Source: Octopus vulgaris (taxonomy: Eukaryota). Taken from it: a DNA stretch of 64,000 nt. Shown here one piece after another: positions 1 through 14,805 of the stretch. A program made the translations under genes and the position numbers. Each line of letters starts with the position of its first letter. The stretch's first letter is position 1. The stretch covers positions 141,484,001-141,548,000 of the forward strand of contig OX597818.1 of NCBI GenBank assembly GCA_951406725.2, in the 5' to 3' direction. The notes beneath the pieces are model-generated. The model worked only from the letters and a program-made list of their open reading frames with translations, did not search any database and was not told the origin of the DNA.

Positions 1-7
1 GTGTGAG

Positions 8-46
<39 letters not shown>

Positions 47-146
47 GTGTGTATGTATTTATATGTGTATACACACACATACAGCTTATATACATATTCT
101 ATTATGTATGTATGGATGGTTGGATTGATGGAAGAAGGAATGGATG

Positions 147-147
<1 letters not shown>

Positions 148-237
<90 letters not shown>
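148..237. repeat. (GATA)n microsatellite
   Basis: About 22 perfect GATA units read directly. Confidence 0.97.
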
Positions 238-238
<1 letters not shown>

Positions 239-568
239 TTAGCTAGAGAGTGTACATATGTGCAGTATGTTCGGTTGTTGCTTTTGTGTTAAGCAACAGT
301 TTGGTCCGTATGGAGAAAAGTTCTGATCAAAGCAGTCTGACCATTGTTTACGCTGTTCTTTCCTCTGTTTCTTATTTGAAAACGGTATGCTTTGAATTAA
401 GACGTATTTGGATGCTACTTCTGGAAAAGCAAGTGATAACGTATATGTGTATGTGTGTGTAGTTTAACAACATTTAAATAAATGAGAAAATTAAAAGAAA
501 TCCAGCTAAATTGCAAATTGATACATCTCTAAATATGAGTGCATTGGTTACTGATGATTATGTATATT

Positions 569-780
569 CTTTTCTGATCTAGGCACAAGGCCCGGAATTT
601 TGGGGGAGGGAGCCAGTTGATTAGATTAACCCCAGTACGCAGCTGGTATTTAATTTATCGATCCCGAAAGGATGAAAGGCAAAGTCGACCTCGGCGGAAT
701 TTGAAATCAGAACGTAAAGAGACGAAATAGTGCTAAGCATTTCGTCCAGCGTGCTAACATTTCTGCCAGCTCGCCGCCTT
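569..780 (-). mobile_element. tRNA-derived SINE, family A (Meta-domain-like central region)
   Basis: Minus strand begins AAGGCGGCGAGCTGGCAGAA (A-box-like), has a B-box-like TTTCAAATTCC and the central GCCTTTCATCCTTTCGGG..CGATAAATTAA motif; flanked by a 17-bp direct repeat TGATGATTATGTATATT (552-568, 780-796); many copies in the window. Confidence 0.88.
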
Positions 781-1114
781 GATGATTATGTATATTAATC
801 AAATATGGATGGATGAATAGACCAACATTGAGAAATTTACCTGTGGGTATTATTTATGATGGTATATTTGCATGTAGCGTTTATTTAATTCTACTTGCTT
901 CTGTCATTGGGCTACCGCTACGCTGGAAACCCATCATCAAGGGTTTTTAGTCAACCATAGTAACTGAAGCTCGTATTTCGCTCAGGTAATTATTTTAAAC
1001 GATAACTATTAGTTCAGTTGCAAAGTTGCGAGACATAATGGGACGTAGTATACGTAAAAAACATGGTTTCCTCACTAGTGTTACCATAAACGCACGCAAA
1101 CACACACATAACTA

Positions 1115-1523
1115 TACTCTCTTTTACTCTTTTACTCTTTTACTTGTTTCAGTCATTTGACTGCGGTCATGCTGGAGCACCGCCTTTAGTCGATCAAATC
1201 GACCCCCAGGACTTATTCTTTGTAAGCCTAGTACTTATTCTATATGTCACTTAAACCGAACCGCTAAGTAACAGGGACGTAAACACACCAGCATCGGTTA
1301 GCAAGCGATGTTGGTCGGACAAACACAGAAACACAAACATACACACACATATATATACATATATACGACGGGCTTCTTTCAGTTTCCGTCTACCAAATCC
1401 ACTCACAAGGCTTTGGTCGACTCGAGGCTATAGTAGAAGACACTTGCCCAAGTTGCCACGCAGTGGGACTGAACCCGGAACCATGTGGTTGGTAAGCAAG
1501 CTACTTACCACACAGCCACTCCT
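1115..1523 (-). mobile_element. tRNA-derived SINE, family B (internal microsatellite, LINE-like 3' tail)
   Basis: Minus strand AGGAGTGGCTGTGTGGTAAG...GGGTTCAGTCCC (pol III boxes), TTGGGCAAGTGTCTT (CORE-like), internal (TA/TG) tract, tail ending in (GTAAAAGA)n; homologous to 4908, 19735, 27175, 41362. Confidence 0.9.
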
Positions 1524-1974
1524 ATATAATAATAATAATATAATATGGCTGCCCTTCGCAAGCGTGTTTGAGCAGACTTTACGTCGTCCTACACTTCATC
1601 CAGCATAGCAGCGATCATGTGACTCCGGAGAGAGGGAGTGCTCCAGAAGCACTCGTTTGGTACACATTGTCAGTTGATTAGGCTGGACAAAACAAGGAAT
1701 GATGTGCCTCGTCGCAAGGCACTTCATTTCACTGCTTCATGTATGTATTTGTGTGTATATGTTTGTGCATAAATATAGTTATAAATTCTATGAATACATA
1801 TATATATATACATAAGTCCTGTTGTATACATATTGGCGGCACGATAAGAACGCAGTGTGCCGCGCAGTAGGATCGAAACTCCAACTATGTGTTTGATTCG
1901 CTAACTTCTTTTATCTGCGCTTATGAATATTTCTATGCGTATGTGAATGTATTTATCCATGTATGTGTGTACCT

Positions 1975-2425
1975 ATATGATGTATGTATGTATGTATGTA
2001 TGTATGTATGTATGTATGTATGTATGTATGTATGTATTCATGTATGTATGTATGTATGTATGTATGCATGTATGTATGTATGTATGTATGTATTTATGTA
2101 AGTATATATGTATTTATGTATGTATGTATGTATTTATGTATGTATGTGTGTATTTATGTATGTATTTACGTATGTATGTATGTATGTATATATGTATGTA
2201 TGTATGTATGTATGTTTGTATGTATGTATGTATGCATGTATGCATGTATGTATGCATGTATGTATATATGTATGCATGTATGTATGTATGTATGCATGTA
2301 TGTATGTATGTATGTATGTATGTATTTATGTATGTATGTATTATGTATGTATGTATGTATGTATGTATGTATGTGTGTATGTATGTATGTATGTATGTAT
2401 GTATGTATGTCTGTATGTATGTATG
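1975..2425. repeat. (TATG)n microsatellite array
   Basis: About 450 bp of imperfect ATGT units; source of the MYVC ORFs. Confidence 0.97.
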
Positions 2426-2876
2426 CATCCGGTTATGTATCCGGTTATGTACAAATATCTAGATGGATATATAGATAGATGGATCGAAGCAGAGAACAGT
2501 TTATAACTATTTATGAATGTGTGCATGTTTGAGCGAGCATGCACTATAGGATGCATGTCCGTATGCACATACAGAGATCGATAGATGGATGGATGTAGGA
2601 AGGATAGATGGATGGTTGGTTGGCTGGTTGGTTGGTTGGATGGATTGATACATGAACAGACAAATAGCTGGATGAATGGGTGTATATATGGATGAATGGA
2701 TGGACGGTTGGCTGTATTGATGAATGGTCGGTTAATAATACAGATGATCGACGAAATGTAATAAATACAGATATTTATTTCGATAACCCCGACCTTATAA
2801 CCCAAGCGTTAATTAAAGAAACTTCGATACGCATATAGATATATAGATACATACACACATATATATATATAGATAC

Positions 2877-2919
<43 letters not shown>

Positions 2920-3127
2920 TGAATATATGTACGCTTTCATATGTATAAACATACATATATACATGAATATACGTATGATGTATGGATGTATACACATGCA
3001 TATATATATATGTGTGTGTGTGTGTGTGTATGTGTGTGTATGTGTGTGTGAGTGTGTGTGTGAGAGTGTGTGTGTGTGTGTAAATTACATCTATAACCAT
3101 AGCACAGTGTGTTGGACTGGAAAGTTT

Positions 3128-3275
<148 letters not shown>

Positions 3276-3625
3276 CGCGGTGGGGTTGAGAAAGAGAGGG
3301 AGGGGGAGGGGGAATGAGGTATTTGAGGAGGAACAGGAGGAGGGAGAAGTGGGAAAATGAAAAAGGGGAAGTTGAGAAACAGGAAGAAGAGGAGGACGAT
3401 GTTAACGAGGACGATTCTGATTATGATGATGATGATTATCATGGTGATGGTGATGATGATGATGATGATGATGATGATGGTGATATTCAGCCAAAATATT
3501 TAATGAAAAACTGAAACATTTCATAACAACTGTAGCGAAAATATCGATGTAAACATTTGTACCGAGACTATAACTGTAAAAAAAAAAGTATCTGAAGTAA
3601 TCAAGGAAATCGAAAAAGAATATAC

Positions 3626-3661
<36 letters not shown>

Positions 3662-4090
3662 TCGCGCTCTTCACCTGAGTTTCGGACTGAAAGAGACAGA
3701 GAAAGCGAGAGAGAGAGAGAGAAAGAGAGGCAGGGGAGAGATAAATATATATCGGTGCCTAAAAATAATAACCAGTATGTAACAACTGCTGTATGAATGG
3801 GGGGGGGGAATAAGTTGCGTATATATTTGATATCAACTACGTGTGAAGACCGTTTGTAGACACAAGAATATTTATTGGTTTCAGAGACATGAAGTATGCC
3901 AGAAAGAGAATCTATGTAAAGATATGATATGAATACAGTAGATATATGTATAACGGTGGTGTTTTATTTAGTTTTTATTACCTGTTACCTAAATATCTAA
4001 ATATCTATCTTATTTAAACAGCTTCTTTGTGTGTATAATATATATATATATACATATATATATATAATATAATATAATATATATAATATA

Positions 4091-4150
<60 letters not shown>

Positions 4151-4907
4151 TTAATGCACGTACGTATATATAATATATTTATGGATTTGTGTGTGTGTGT
4201 AATATATACATATGCATTCCTGTTTTTGCGCATGTGTGTGTACGTGTGTGTATGTGTGTGTGTACGTGTGTGTGTGTGTGTGCGTGTGTGCCTGTGTGTG
4301 ATTGCAAACATATATGTATTTGTGTTTATCACTTTCTTTGCATGATCGTCCGTGTGAAATCTTACATTTTAATATAAGCCCGTTTTTGTGCACACTTGTT
4401 TACTATATTCCATTTACGTTTTATGATTACCCTGTATTATAAAACATATTCATGTTTGTCAGATTTATCACACTACATGGTTACCATCTATACTTTTTTT
4501 TCCCGCTCTTCTCTTATTTCATAAGTTATGTCGCTTGTTGCTTTAGTATTTCAAGTCTTCTGCAATAAATTCTTCTGTGTAAACTCCTATATTTCTATAG
4601 CGTGTAACACTAGCATGGCTCGTTACTGTATTACCATACTATAAGGTTCAATATATTCAGTGTTTGTGCCTCAAAAGGATTCTAATATACAGATACAATT
4701 TCTTCTATGTAGATGATACGTTCGATTCCGTTCCCTTACTAATTCGGAAAACACACATGTTCACACCTTACTATTAACAGAAATCTTGAGACGGTAATCT
4801 AACTGTATGTGACTATATAGGTCTTATTTCATAACACCACTAAACAATTACTAAATATTTCATAGAAGTAGGCATACATTCAAAGAGGGTATGTCTACTA
4901 AAGAGTC

Positions 4908-5330
4908 GCAGGCGTGGCTGTGCGGTAAGAGGCTTGCTTACCAACCACATGGTTCCGGATTCAGTCCAACTGCGTGGGACTGACACCTTGAGCAAGTGCC
5001 TTGTACTATAGACTCGCGCTGACCAAAATCTTGTGAGTGGATTTGGTAGACGGAAACTGAAAGAAGCCCGTCGTACAAATGTATATATATGTGTGTGTGT
5101 GTGTGTGTATCATTGTGTTTGGGCTTGTCCTCCCTACTACACCGCTTAACAACCGGTGCTGGTGTATTTACGTCTCCATAGCTTAGCAGTTCGGCAAAAG
5201 TGACTGATAGAATATGTACCTGGCTTAATAAAAAAAGTACTGGGATCAATTCAGTCGACTGAAAATTCTCCAACGCGGTGCCCCAGCATAGCCGCAGTCT
5301 AATGGCTGGAACATAAAAAAATAAAGATAA
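4908..5330 (+). mobile_element. SINE family B copy
   Basis: GCAGGCGTGGCTGTGCGGTAAG...GGATTCAGTCC...GTGAGTGGATTTGGTAGACGGAAACTGAAAGAAGCCCGTCG...GGTGCCCCAGCATAGCCGCAGTC. Confidence 0.88.
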
Positions 5331-5674
5331 CGATAGGTACTTAAGGATACCTTACTGCCCTAGGATTAAAGCATTCATTGTATAATATGAAACTCCATAT
5401 AATATATTTGAAAAAAGAAGACGAGATGTGAATGGCGAGTGTCTTTGAGCAAAGATGAGTTCAGTGTGCCCTGATCTGCCGATCAACGATAAAGCAATAA
5501 ACCTCCGCCAGACTTTTTCTTTTATTCTAAAACATACTTAACTGTGTAAAATTGGCTCGTGTCAAACATCTGTTCGACCCTTCCTCGTTGTATAGTTCAA
5601 TCTTGCACAAAATGGACAAATATTTCATGGAAATGAGTCATGTAAAGAAAAATGGTGGATGTATACTTTGGGTC

Positions 5675-5732
<58 letters not shown>

Positions 5733-6473
5733 TATATATATATATATAATTGATATAATTCTGTACTGACTCTTTTACTCTTTCTTTTAGCCCCCTTCAC
5801 ACACTCTTGGTTCTTCCCTCTTTTCATTTTCTCGCCCACCCTCACTCACATTTCGTGGCCTTCCCTTCATTCTCATCACTATCCCTTCTCCTTTACGTTA
5901 CTCTGTTCTTTTCCTTTATTTTTCTCTCTTTCTCGTCTCTCTTTAATACTTCAATCCCTCTGCCTCTCCCTCTCTTCACTCCTTCCACGTGACCGGTGTT
6001 CCACCAAGCACAACCTTTCCTTATTGGTTCAACTACCATCCGTGTAGTATCTCTTATATTCCTTTCCATGACCTTTATCTCTTATATTCTTACCGTAAGT
6101 TTTCACTTCCGAACACGCCAGCTTAATTTAATTCGTCCTTAGTCGAAAGACACCTGTTGTTAATGTCCTGTTTTTTGTATTTGTAATTTTGTACTATTTC
6201 TCCGTTTTTTTCATTGGTGTTTTTGTATACATTCGCTTGCTTTCTTCCAAATAATCTAGTGCTTTTAGCTTAGATTTTCTTGGGGCCCGCCAGATTAGAG
6301 CAGTCTTGAGTGTGACCGGCCGAAACTGCAACGACGATCTGGTACTCCACTGAAGATAGAAAGCTCGGAATGACCTTTCCTTGTTTTTTTCATGTTCTTC
6401 TTCGTATCGTCTAATTGTCCGGATGTTTTGTTGTTACCTGTTACGTTCTTGTTCAAGATATTTTGTTTAGTTT

Positions 6474-6527
<54 letters not shown>

Positions 6528-6879
6528 GGAGAGAGGGAGGGAAGGAGAGAGAGAGAGAAAGAGAGACAGACCGACAGATAGATAGAGAGAGGCAGACCAT
6601 AGTGCTAGCTGAAAAAGGCGGGAGTGTAAACTTATAAACTGTCGAAAATTTGAACTGGTGAATTTAAAGTGGAACTGCACTGAAAGTTAACTAATAAATC
6701 ATAGATTGTTAATTAAATCTTTTTGCTTATATTAGCATAAAGTGAGGACTTTGCTTATTATTTGTCGGTCCATGTGTTGGGGAAAGATGCTTATTAGCTA
6801 TGTCAACGGAAAATGGCAAAATGATAAAATCCTTTAGATATTTAACTGTCATTTCATTCAGGAGCATTTCAAATATCAA

Positions 6880-7080
6880 TTTCAAATTTTGGCACAAGGC
6901 CAGCAATTTTGAGTGAGGAGTAAGTCGATTACATTAACCCCATTGCTGAATTGCTTCTTATTTTATCGATCCCGGAAGGGTGAATGGCAAAGTTGACCAC
7001 GGTGGAACTTAAACTCAGAACCTAAAGACGGACGAAATACCGCTGAGCATTTTGCCTGCAGTGCTAACATTTCTGCCTTA
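6880..7080 (-). mobile_element. SINE family A, diverged copy
   Basis: Alignable by eye to 569-780 (GGCACAAGGCC...CCCGGAAGGGTGAATGGCAAAGTTGACC...GACGAAATACCGCTGAGCATT). Confidence 0.8.
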
Positions 7081-8197
7081 GGTAAAAGTTTTCTTGTTAT
7101 TTTGGGTGCCACAGTTCATTTTCAATGCCTCTAGTAGCCTTCATATCATGAATACATGTCATGAATACATGTCAGTCCTTTTTGAAGAGATAAACCTGTT
7201 TTCCATTCAATGTCAAAAAATCTGGCAGTAAAACATGATCTGGGAAGATATTGTGTGAGTGAAATAATTTACAGTATTATTTAACTTTAGATTAATTCCA
7301 GGTAGACAGCTTGTTGTATCATTGAGTGTTTTTGCCCACAAAATAAGGCTGTTGACTGATTTAACTCCTTATCTGCTTAAATTCTAAAAACTAATGACGA
7401 AATATGTTCCACGGTTACATCATTCCGCACATAACAATCTATAATATATTTTAATTTAAAAAATAATATAAGATATTTTTTTCTAGATAGGGAACTACGA
7501 CACGCAATCTGTTCTTCACTTCTTAATACAATACGATGTGATACGAGGGACATTTCACTGCTATTTTCAGCAGGCTATGCAGAAGTTCACGATTCGTATT
7601 CTCTTCTCTGAGAAATTGATCCACGCCGGAGCTAAACAACATCTATTATGAGGCCCGTATGATACCTGGGAACATTTACACGTCTGTATATTTAAACATG
7701 TAGAACAGTATCTGATAGATAAATAAACACTATTTAACAAACAAAAACATGCTACTTCTATGTAAACCGATATCTGATAAGCTTGAGGAAAGCTAGTCAA
7801 TACATTTTATTTACCAAGACATTTAGCATTAACATACACACGGTACTCTTTCCCGTGTAAATCGCCTTTCAAAAGGAGATTGTGAAATTCATACATTGAC
7901 TCGCTGTACGAATCCTTTCATCTCCAATTCGATAGTCATTAAGTAAATATATAGAAAGACTGAGTAAGCGCTACTGTCTACGTTTATCTAAGTAATTTAT
8001 CTCATATCTCCTGCAAATCCTAGTCCATTGCCACATTAAAGCATTTTAACTTTCACCTCGCTCGATCTACGACGACATAATTCATTTTCTCCTCTCCGTT
8101 GACAAGAACTTCGATTGCATTTACACGCGTTCTTAAACAAACATACACGCATACACACAAACTTTTCTGTCTCTCTTTCCTCTCCCTTTCTCTTCCT

Positions 8198-8718
<521 letters not shown>

Positions 8719-10626
8719 GTTTACATTTATATGTGTAGGTGTGCATACGTATGTTTGTATGTATATCATATACATATGATACATACATATAGATTAATAG
8801 ATATATGTATGTATATATCTATACACAGGTATACGTACATATACAATATTGAACTATGAATTTGCATATGTGTGTATGTGTGTGTGTGCGTGTGTGTGAG
8901 TGTGTGTGTCACATCGAAAGGGAGAATTGTAAATTTAGATGAGTAGTGTGTGTGTGTGTGTGTGTGTGTGGGTGTGTGCATGTTTTGTGTTCATGTCTAT
9001 CTCTGATTTCTCTCTCATTGTGTCTGATTTGCTTTTTCCCACTTTGTCTTCTTTCTCTCTCTTTGTCCCCCACTATTTACATGTGTGTGTGTGTTTCTAT
9101 GTGTATGTGCGCGCGTGTGTGTGTGTGTGTGAGTAGAATATAATTGTCTGTGTATGTGTCCAAAGCTGCTCCTCTCACACCTATCACACATACACATACA
9201 TAAACATCGTTCCCGCAATTTTCTCTCCTCTATTCCATGTCGTCCTATTCTCATCTATCTTCATTAAATGCTTCATATTAACTCTTGTTATCTTTTTCAA
9301 CTTATTATCGCTATTTCCACATTTCAACACTTAACAGTATGATTTCTCTATACTTTCGTTAAGTCTCGTCATACGATGTGTTATTAGATAAATAAGTGAA
9401 TTGATGGATGAAATCTTTCTACCGATAGCAACAATCACCTGTGGATTCTCATCATATGAGTTCAATTTGCTAAATAATTCAAAGTGTTGTCAAACGAAGC
9501 GTAGCTTATTTTCGTACATGTTCACAATTATCTCTCCGTAGAAATACTGCTTCGAAAGATCTCTACAGATCTTGGAGTCTGGTGCTGATTTGTTTGTATA
9601 AATTCATGCGTCGCAGTTTCATGTTCATAAACACATACACAAGCACACACACACGCACACACACAAATTCATACGTACATACATACACACATAAGTTTGT
9701 GTAAATAAATGAGTGGAAAATTACCCAATACATGCAGTAGAATTTACCCACAGAAGCCAATTTGCCTTTCTTCTTTCGAGGTCGTTTCAGATATACTATC
9801 ACTCAAGAACCAGATTCTATGAGATAGCTCAATCATTATCCACCCAATATTATGCACAAATTAGGAACATTTATTTCGATTAAAATTATTTATTTCACGT
9901 GCGCGCAGGCGTGTTTTAATGAAGTAGAAATATTGCACGAATATAGATAGAATAGATTTTTCTCGCAAATCATTTTAGTAAAAAACTCATTGAACCTGAA
10001 ATAAATTCATGTTTAGAACAATAATATAATGAAATACAAGTATAACTAAAACAAGAACGTACTATGAAATATATTCATGTCATATTCAACATACATCTAC
10101 AGATGCAACGTTTGGGTTCATCCCCATTGCTGTATCCTGGAATCACTACGTCTCTATGTTCAAGGCAGCCAGTGACTCTTGGTATGCCTTCCTTCTATAC
10201 CGATTTGTTGATTTAGCAATTGTTTAGTAGAAAGAAGGATGAGTCTTTTGGACTTCCTTTACATGGTGAGCATGGTGAAATTGCGAAATTGGTCGATATT
10301 CTCAGCTCTCTTTCCTTTGGCTGTGTATACCGCATCAGCATATTTCCATGGTTGAGTAACCTTCGTTCTTTTCTAGATCACCCTCAGAACATTCTAAAAC
10401 CAATGGAGTAGTTTCAGATGGTTCTTGTAGACCTTGTATGGGACTCCATAAGGTCTACAAGCAAGGCTCCTTCATGTTGAAGTCCACTGTTGATTCTGGT
10501 GATGTTGTAAGTGCCATCCATAAGTCCAGTAGCTGATAACCTCGCATTGTCGCTGTAAAGCACATGTGTGATGCAGTCATCAACAGACAGCAGGAAGAAA
10601 CCTTTAGGGAAATTTGCTGCTTATAT

Positions 10627-10907
10627 GGATGGAAGCACTCCGTCGGTTACGACGATGAGGGTTCCGGTTGATCCGATCAATGGAACAGCCTGCTCGTGAA
10701 ATTAACGTGTAAGTGGCTGAGCACTCCACAGACACGTGTACCTTTAACGTAGTTCTCGGGGATATTCAGCGTGACACAGAGAGTGCAAGGCCGGCCCTTT
10801 GAAATACAGGTACAACAGAAACAGGAAGTAAGAGTGAGAGAAAGTTGTGGAATCGAAATCGCGATCCTACGACTGCTACCCTAACCACTGGGCCATTGCG
10901 CCTCCAC
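10627..10907 (-). mobile_element. tRNA-derived SINE, family C (internally deleted)
   Basis: Reverse complement of the 14806 copy (GTGGAGGCGCAATGGCCCAGTGGTTAGGG...); 11-bp TSD GCTGCTTATAT at 10616-10626 and 10908-10918. Confidence 0.88.
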
Positions 10908-11699
10908 GCTGCTTATATACAAACAGGTGAAACACAATAATTGACATTAGAAAGTAATGGAAAAATTAACCTATATCGAGGATTACGCCGGTACTTTTGC
11001 TAGTAATGAAACAACTTCAGAAAAGAAGAGGTAATATATAAAGTTAGATTTATTTTTAAAATCAACTAAAGGAAATATTGTAGTCGATACAGAAATATTT
11101 ATCTCGCTAAAACAACATTCATATTTGTTTCCCACAAAGCATCATAACAAGGAGGCGTGGTCAATTTTGTTTCTACTCCCACTGTCATTCTTCTGCGATC
11201 AGTTTAACAAATGTTTATTTAAGGATCTGTTAAATGTTGGTGGGTCGCGGGGAGCGATGTAACTGATCACATCCCAGTTCCAAAGTGTGTTGTGTTGTAC
11301 TTCTGTTAGAAATCAATATTGGGACATAGGTTGTAAATGAGGATTTACCAATGGAAAATCGTTCTACATCATCAAAGAAAAATAAATATTATTCGTTTTT
11401 GTTGTTTAGAAGTAGGATGTTCCTAACTGAGCAAACCTATTATCAGAACTTTCTAAGATTGACCAATTCGTCTGATTTCCAGGAATTGAAAACTACGTAA
11501 TACATTGCAATGAGTATTCTTTCTTTTTAAAGACTTTATTACATAATCTGAGAAAGCTTTAACATTATTTCTAATTCAGAGATCAACCATATTATGCTTC
11601 ATCTGACTCAACATAATATTCATGTAGACACTATAGGTCGTAACATCTATAATTGAGAACCAAAATGGAAGACTCTCGATGGCAGGTCAGCCTGTCAGA

Positions 11700-11815
11700 A
11701 TTCACGGACAATCTGAAATGGTGTACCTTGCTCAAGGACACAACGTACCGCGCAGCTGAATAATCGAACCTATGATCATGAACCCAACACCCAACCACAA
11801 GGCCACGTGCCATCA
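11700..11815 (-). mobile_element. old, degenerate tRNA-derived SINE head
   Basis: Minus strand GCACGTGGCCTTGTGGTT...GGTTCGATT...GTTGTGTCCTTGAGCAAGG (A/B boxes plus CORE-like motif); similar relic at about 55690-55950. Confidence 0.55.
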
Positions 11816-12314
11816 CACACACACTCATAACATCAACAACAACAGCAACTGTAATTTGACCATATGCACCAACCTCAGATAATACAGCGGAAATCCTTCG
11901 AATAGATATGTGAAATTACTTTTGGAATACACTATGTAGATTTATTTCATGTGTATACAAATACACCTACATGTACGTTTATGCGTGTATGAGTGTAAGT
12001 GCATGTCTGAATCTGTTCCTGCGCATGCTTTGAAATTTCAGCAATGTTATTTGGTACTGAAGAAAAACCGACCAGAATAATTATATTTGGTATTCAAATC
12101 CAAACTTGTGGTAAAGGTTTACATTTCGTAATTGTCGGCAAGGCCAAATGCTGGCTGTCGATATACTTCTACCTGTTTAAAATATCGAATTATACGCCAA
12201 GATGCTTTGTGTAACAGAACGTGTACATATAGACAGAAACACACAACGGAATCAAAATGTGTGCGAGTGTGTGTATACGTATCGTTACATACGTTCGTGT
12301 GTGTATGTATATAA

Positions 12315-12374
<60 letters not shown>

Positions 12375-12397
12375 ATAAGATATGTGCGTATATGTGC

Positions 12398-12435
<38 letters not shown>

Positions 12436-12551
12436 GCTAAAAGCACTAAAACATACGGCCATATACACACTCGTTTATACAAATACATAATTGTGCCTAC
12501 ATTTACATACGTAAAGGCGTATACAAATACGCATTTACGTATGCGTATTTA

Positions 12552-12582
<31 letters not shown>

Positions 12583-13483
12583 TCCCATGTGTGTATGTGT
12601 GTGTGTATTCAAGCATTATGAGAGTATGTGCACATAGATAAATGCATGCTTGCATTTGTATTAAGTTTGTGAGGTTACATCTGCATAGATATCTAAGTAT
12701 ATATCACGCGCACACACACATAATACGTACATACTTACATACATACGTGCATGCATACATACATACATACATACATACATACATACGTGCATGCATACAT
12801 ACATACATACATACATACAGGTCGATCAAGTCATCTAAGTAATAGATGTACACAGTATATCAACGACGAAGACCATCATTCCAAGCGTTATATCTGATAG
12901 ATAAAACCTAACACTTTGAAACAAATGTTACGGCAGCATGCAAACAGTTGATTGAAATAGGCACATGTGTCATTCAACGTTTTCGTCCTCCTATTAAAAT
13001 GTCTTCTCTCTGCTGACAAATCTAAATTACAACCCGTTCCCTATATCTTTCTACATTTCCTAGGGCTTTATTTTCCTTTTTACATTTATAACTATTCCTC
13101 TCATCATTTCTTTTTTTTTCATTATCTTTTTTCTATATATTCACGTATGTCTAAAATAGTACGGGTAAAATTTGTATTAAACTCCGTTACGGATGTGTAT
13201 AGAGATTGTGCATATATGTAATTAGTAAAAGATGAACGAATATCATATTTTAGAAATATACGTAAGGTGCATGCGGCACTTTAGACCCGTGCAGTTTTTA
13301 TATGTATGTGTGTGTGTTTGTGTGTATTTACCCACACATTTCACATATATGTAAACACAGATCCACATACATATATATACACAGAGAGAGACATATATAT
13401 ATATATATATATATATGATATGTATATATATACATATTATCTATATATATATATATGATACATATATATAATATATATGTATC

Positions 13484-13547
<64 letters not shown>

Positions 13548-13779
13548 ATTGCTGAGATTGCATAACACCACTATTATAGCACATGCTGTTGGTCATGTAT
13601 GAAGTTTTCACTTCCATCAAATGCATTTGATGCCATTTCTAAATTCAAGTGAATGTATTTGCATATGTACACGTATATGTATGTACGTACGTATATATAT
13701 ATCACATATATGATTTGCATATTTATTTATATAGTATTATATAGTATATATATATATATATATATCGAAATGTGATATA

Positions 13780-13954
13780 TTTTTTCTTCCGTCTTCCCTT
13801 CTTTGGATCTTTTCTTTTCCTATCTGACGTAGAGCTCTGCTCGAAACGTTAAACCCTCCTTCTTCCTTCCTTCCTGAGCGTCCAATAATACTATATTCGT
13901 TCCACGTCCTCGCGTTGTTGTGTTTTCTCTTTGTGTTTTCATGCTTAGATTAAC
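13780..13954 (+). mobile_element. Penelope-like element terminal repeat (pLTR) fragment with minimal hammerhead motif
   Basis: CTGACGTA-GAGC-TCT-GCTC-GAAACGTT-AAAC at 13824-13854; homologous to 14021-14230(-), 58072-58190(-), 58274-58371(-), 62776-62948(+); both ends at TA-rich tracts. Confidence 0.8.
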
Positions 13955-13956
13955 TT

Positions 13957-14020
<64 letters not shown>

Positions 14021-14024
<4 letters not shown>

Positions 14025-14762
14025 ATTCAAACATGAACAAAGAGAAAACACTACATCGCGAGGACGTGGAACAAGTATAGTGTTATTGGACGCTCAGGAA
14101 AGGAAAGAAAGAAGGAGGATCTAAGGTTTCAAGCGGAGCTCATCGTTAAAAAAAAAAAGGAAAAGGAAAGGTCCAAGGAAGGGAAAACGGAGGAAAAAAA
14201 TCGCCAACGATACACACGCGGTCAGATATTGAAATGACCGGAAGGGAATGGGTGAAGAAAAAGTTCTTTCAAAGGCAGGAGAGTGCAAGAAAAGGAGGTA
14301 TGTGTGTCTATGTGTTGGTACGTGCGTGCGTGCGTGCAGGTGTGTGTGTGCGTGTAATGATAGCACGTGTGTGTGTATGTGTGGTTGTGGCTGTTTATCT
14401 ATGTGTGCGGTTGGGCTTAGTATTGTTTAAGGTTTTAGGAAGAATTTATAGTAAACATTTTGGTAGGAGTGGCTGCCTGTTGTATGTCTACCAATACATG
14501 TGCGTAGGAGAATGGTCAGTAGAAGGTATTAGTAGTTTTAAAGTATGTGTGTGTGCTTAATAATGAAAGTCTCATGTAGTAGTAGTGTATAGAATTACAG
14601 AATCTTATTTCGGAAAGACTAATTAAATTATTACTAGGTCCGTTTATAAGAGAGCCTGAACGTTCTGCGTATCTTATGGTTGCAATTGATTATTAATTTA
14701 TTTCGTTTATTCCGAAGTAAGATTTCTCTTGCCTCCTGGGTGCATAATCGACATGGCCGGTA
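14021..14762 (-). mobile_element. 5'-truncated Neptune-type Penelope-like element (endonuclease C-terminus, 3' UTR, pLTR)
   Basis: 14759->14634 translates as RPCRLCTQEAREILLRNKRNKLIINCNHKIRRTFRLSYKRT*, the CxLC.E..I..N.R....C.H terminus typical of Neptune GIY-YIG proteins and matching the end of the 36736 ORF; downstream is the pLTR with a decayed hammerhead at 14121-14150; ends in (TA)n. Confidence 0.8.
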
Positions 14763-14805
14763 TATGTGTGTTGATATATGTGCGTACATGTGTCTATATT
14801 TTCGT

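Noticed and set aside
1889-2506. Long overlapping ORFs (MYVC repeats) and the many YI/HT/CV ORFs across the window
   Set aside because: Translations of stop-free microsatellites (TATG, TA, CA); no protein signal.
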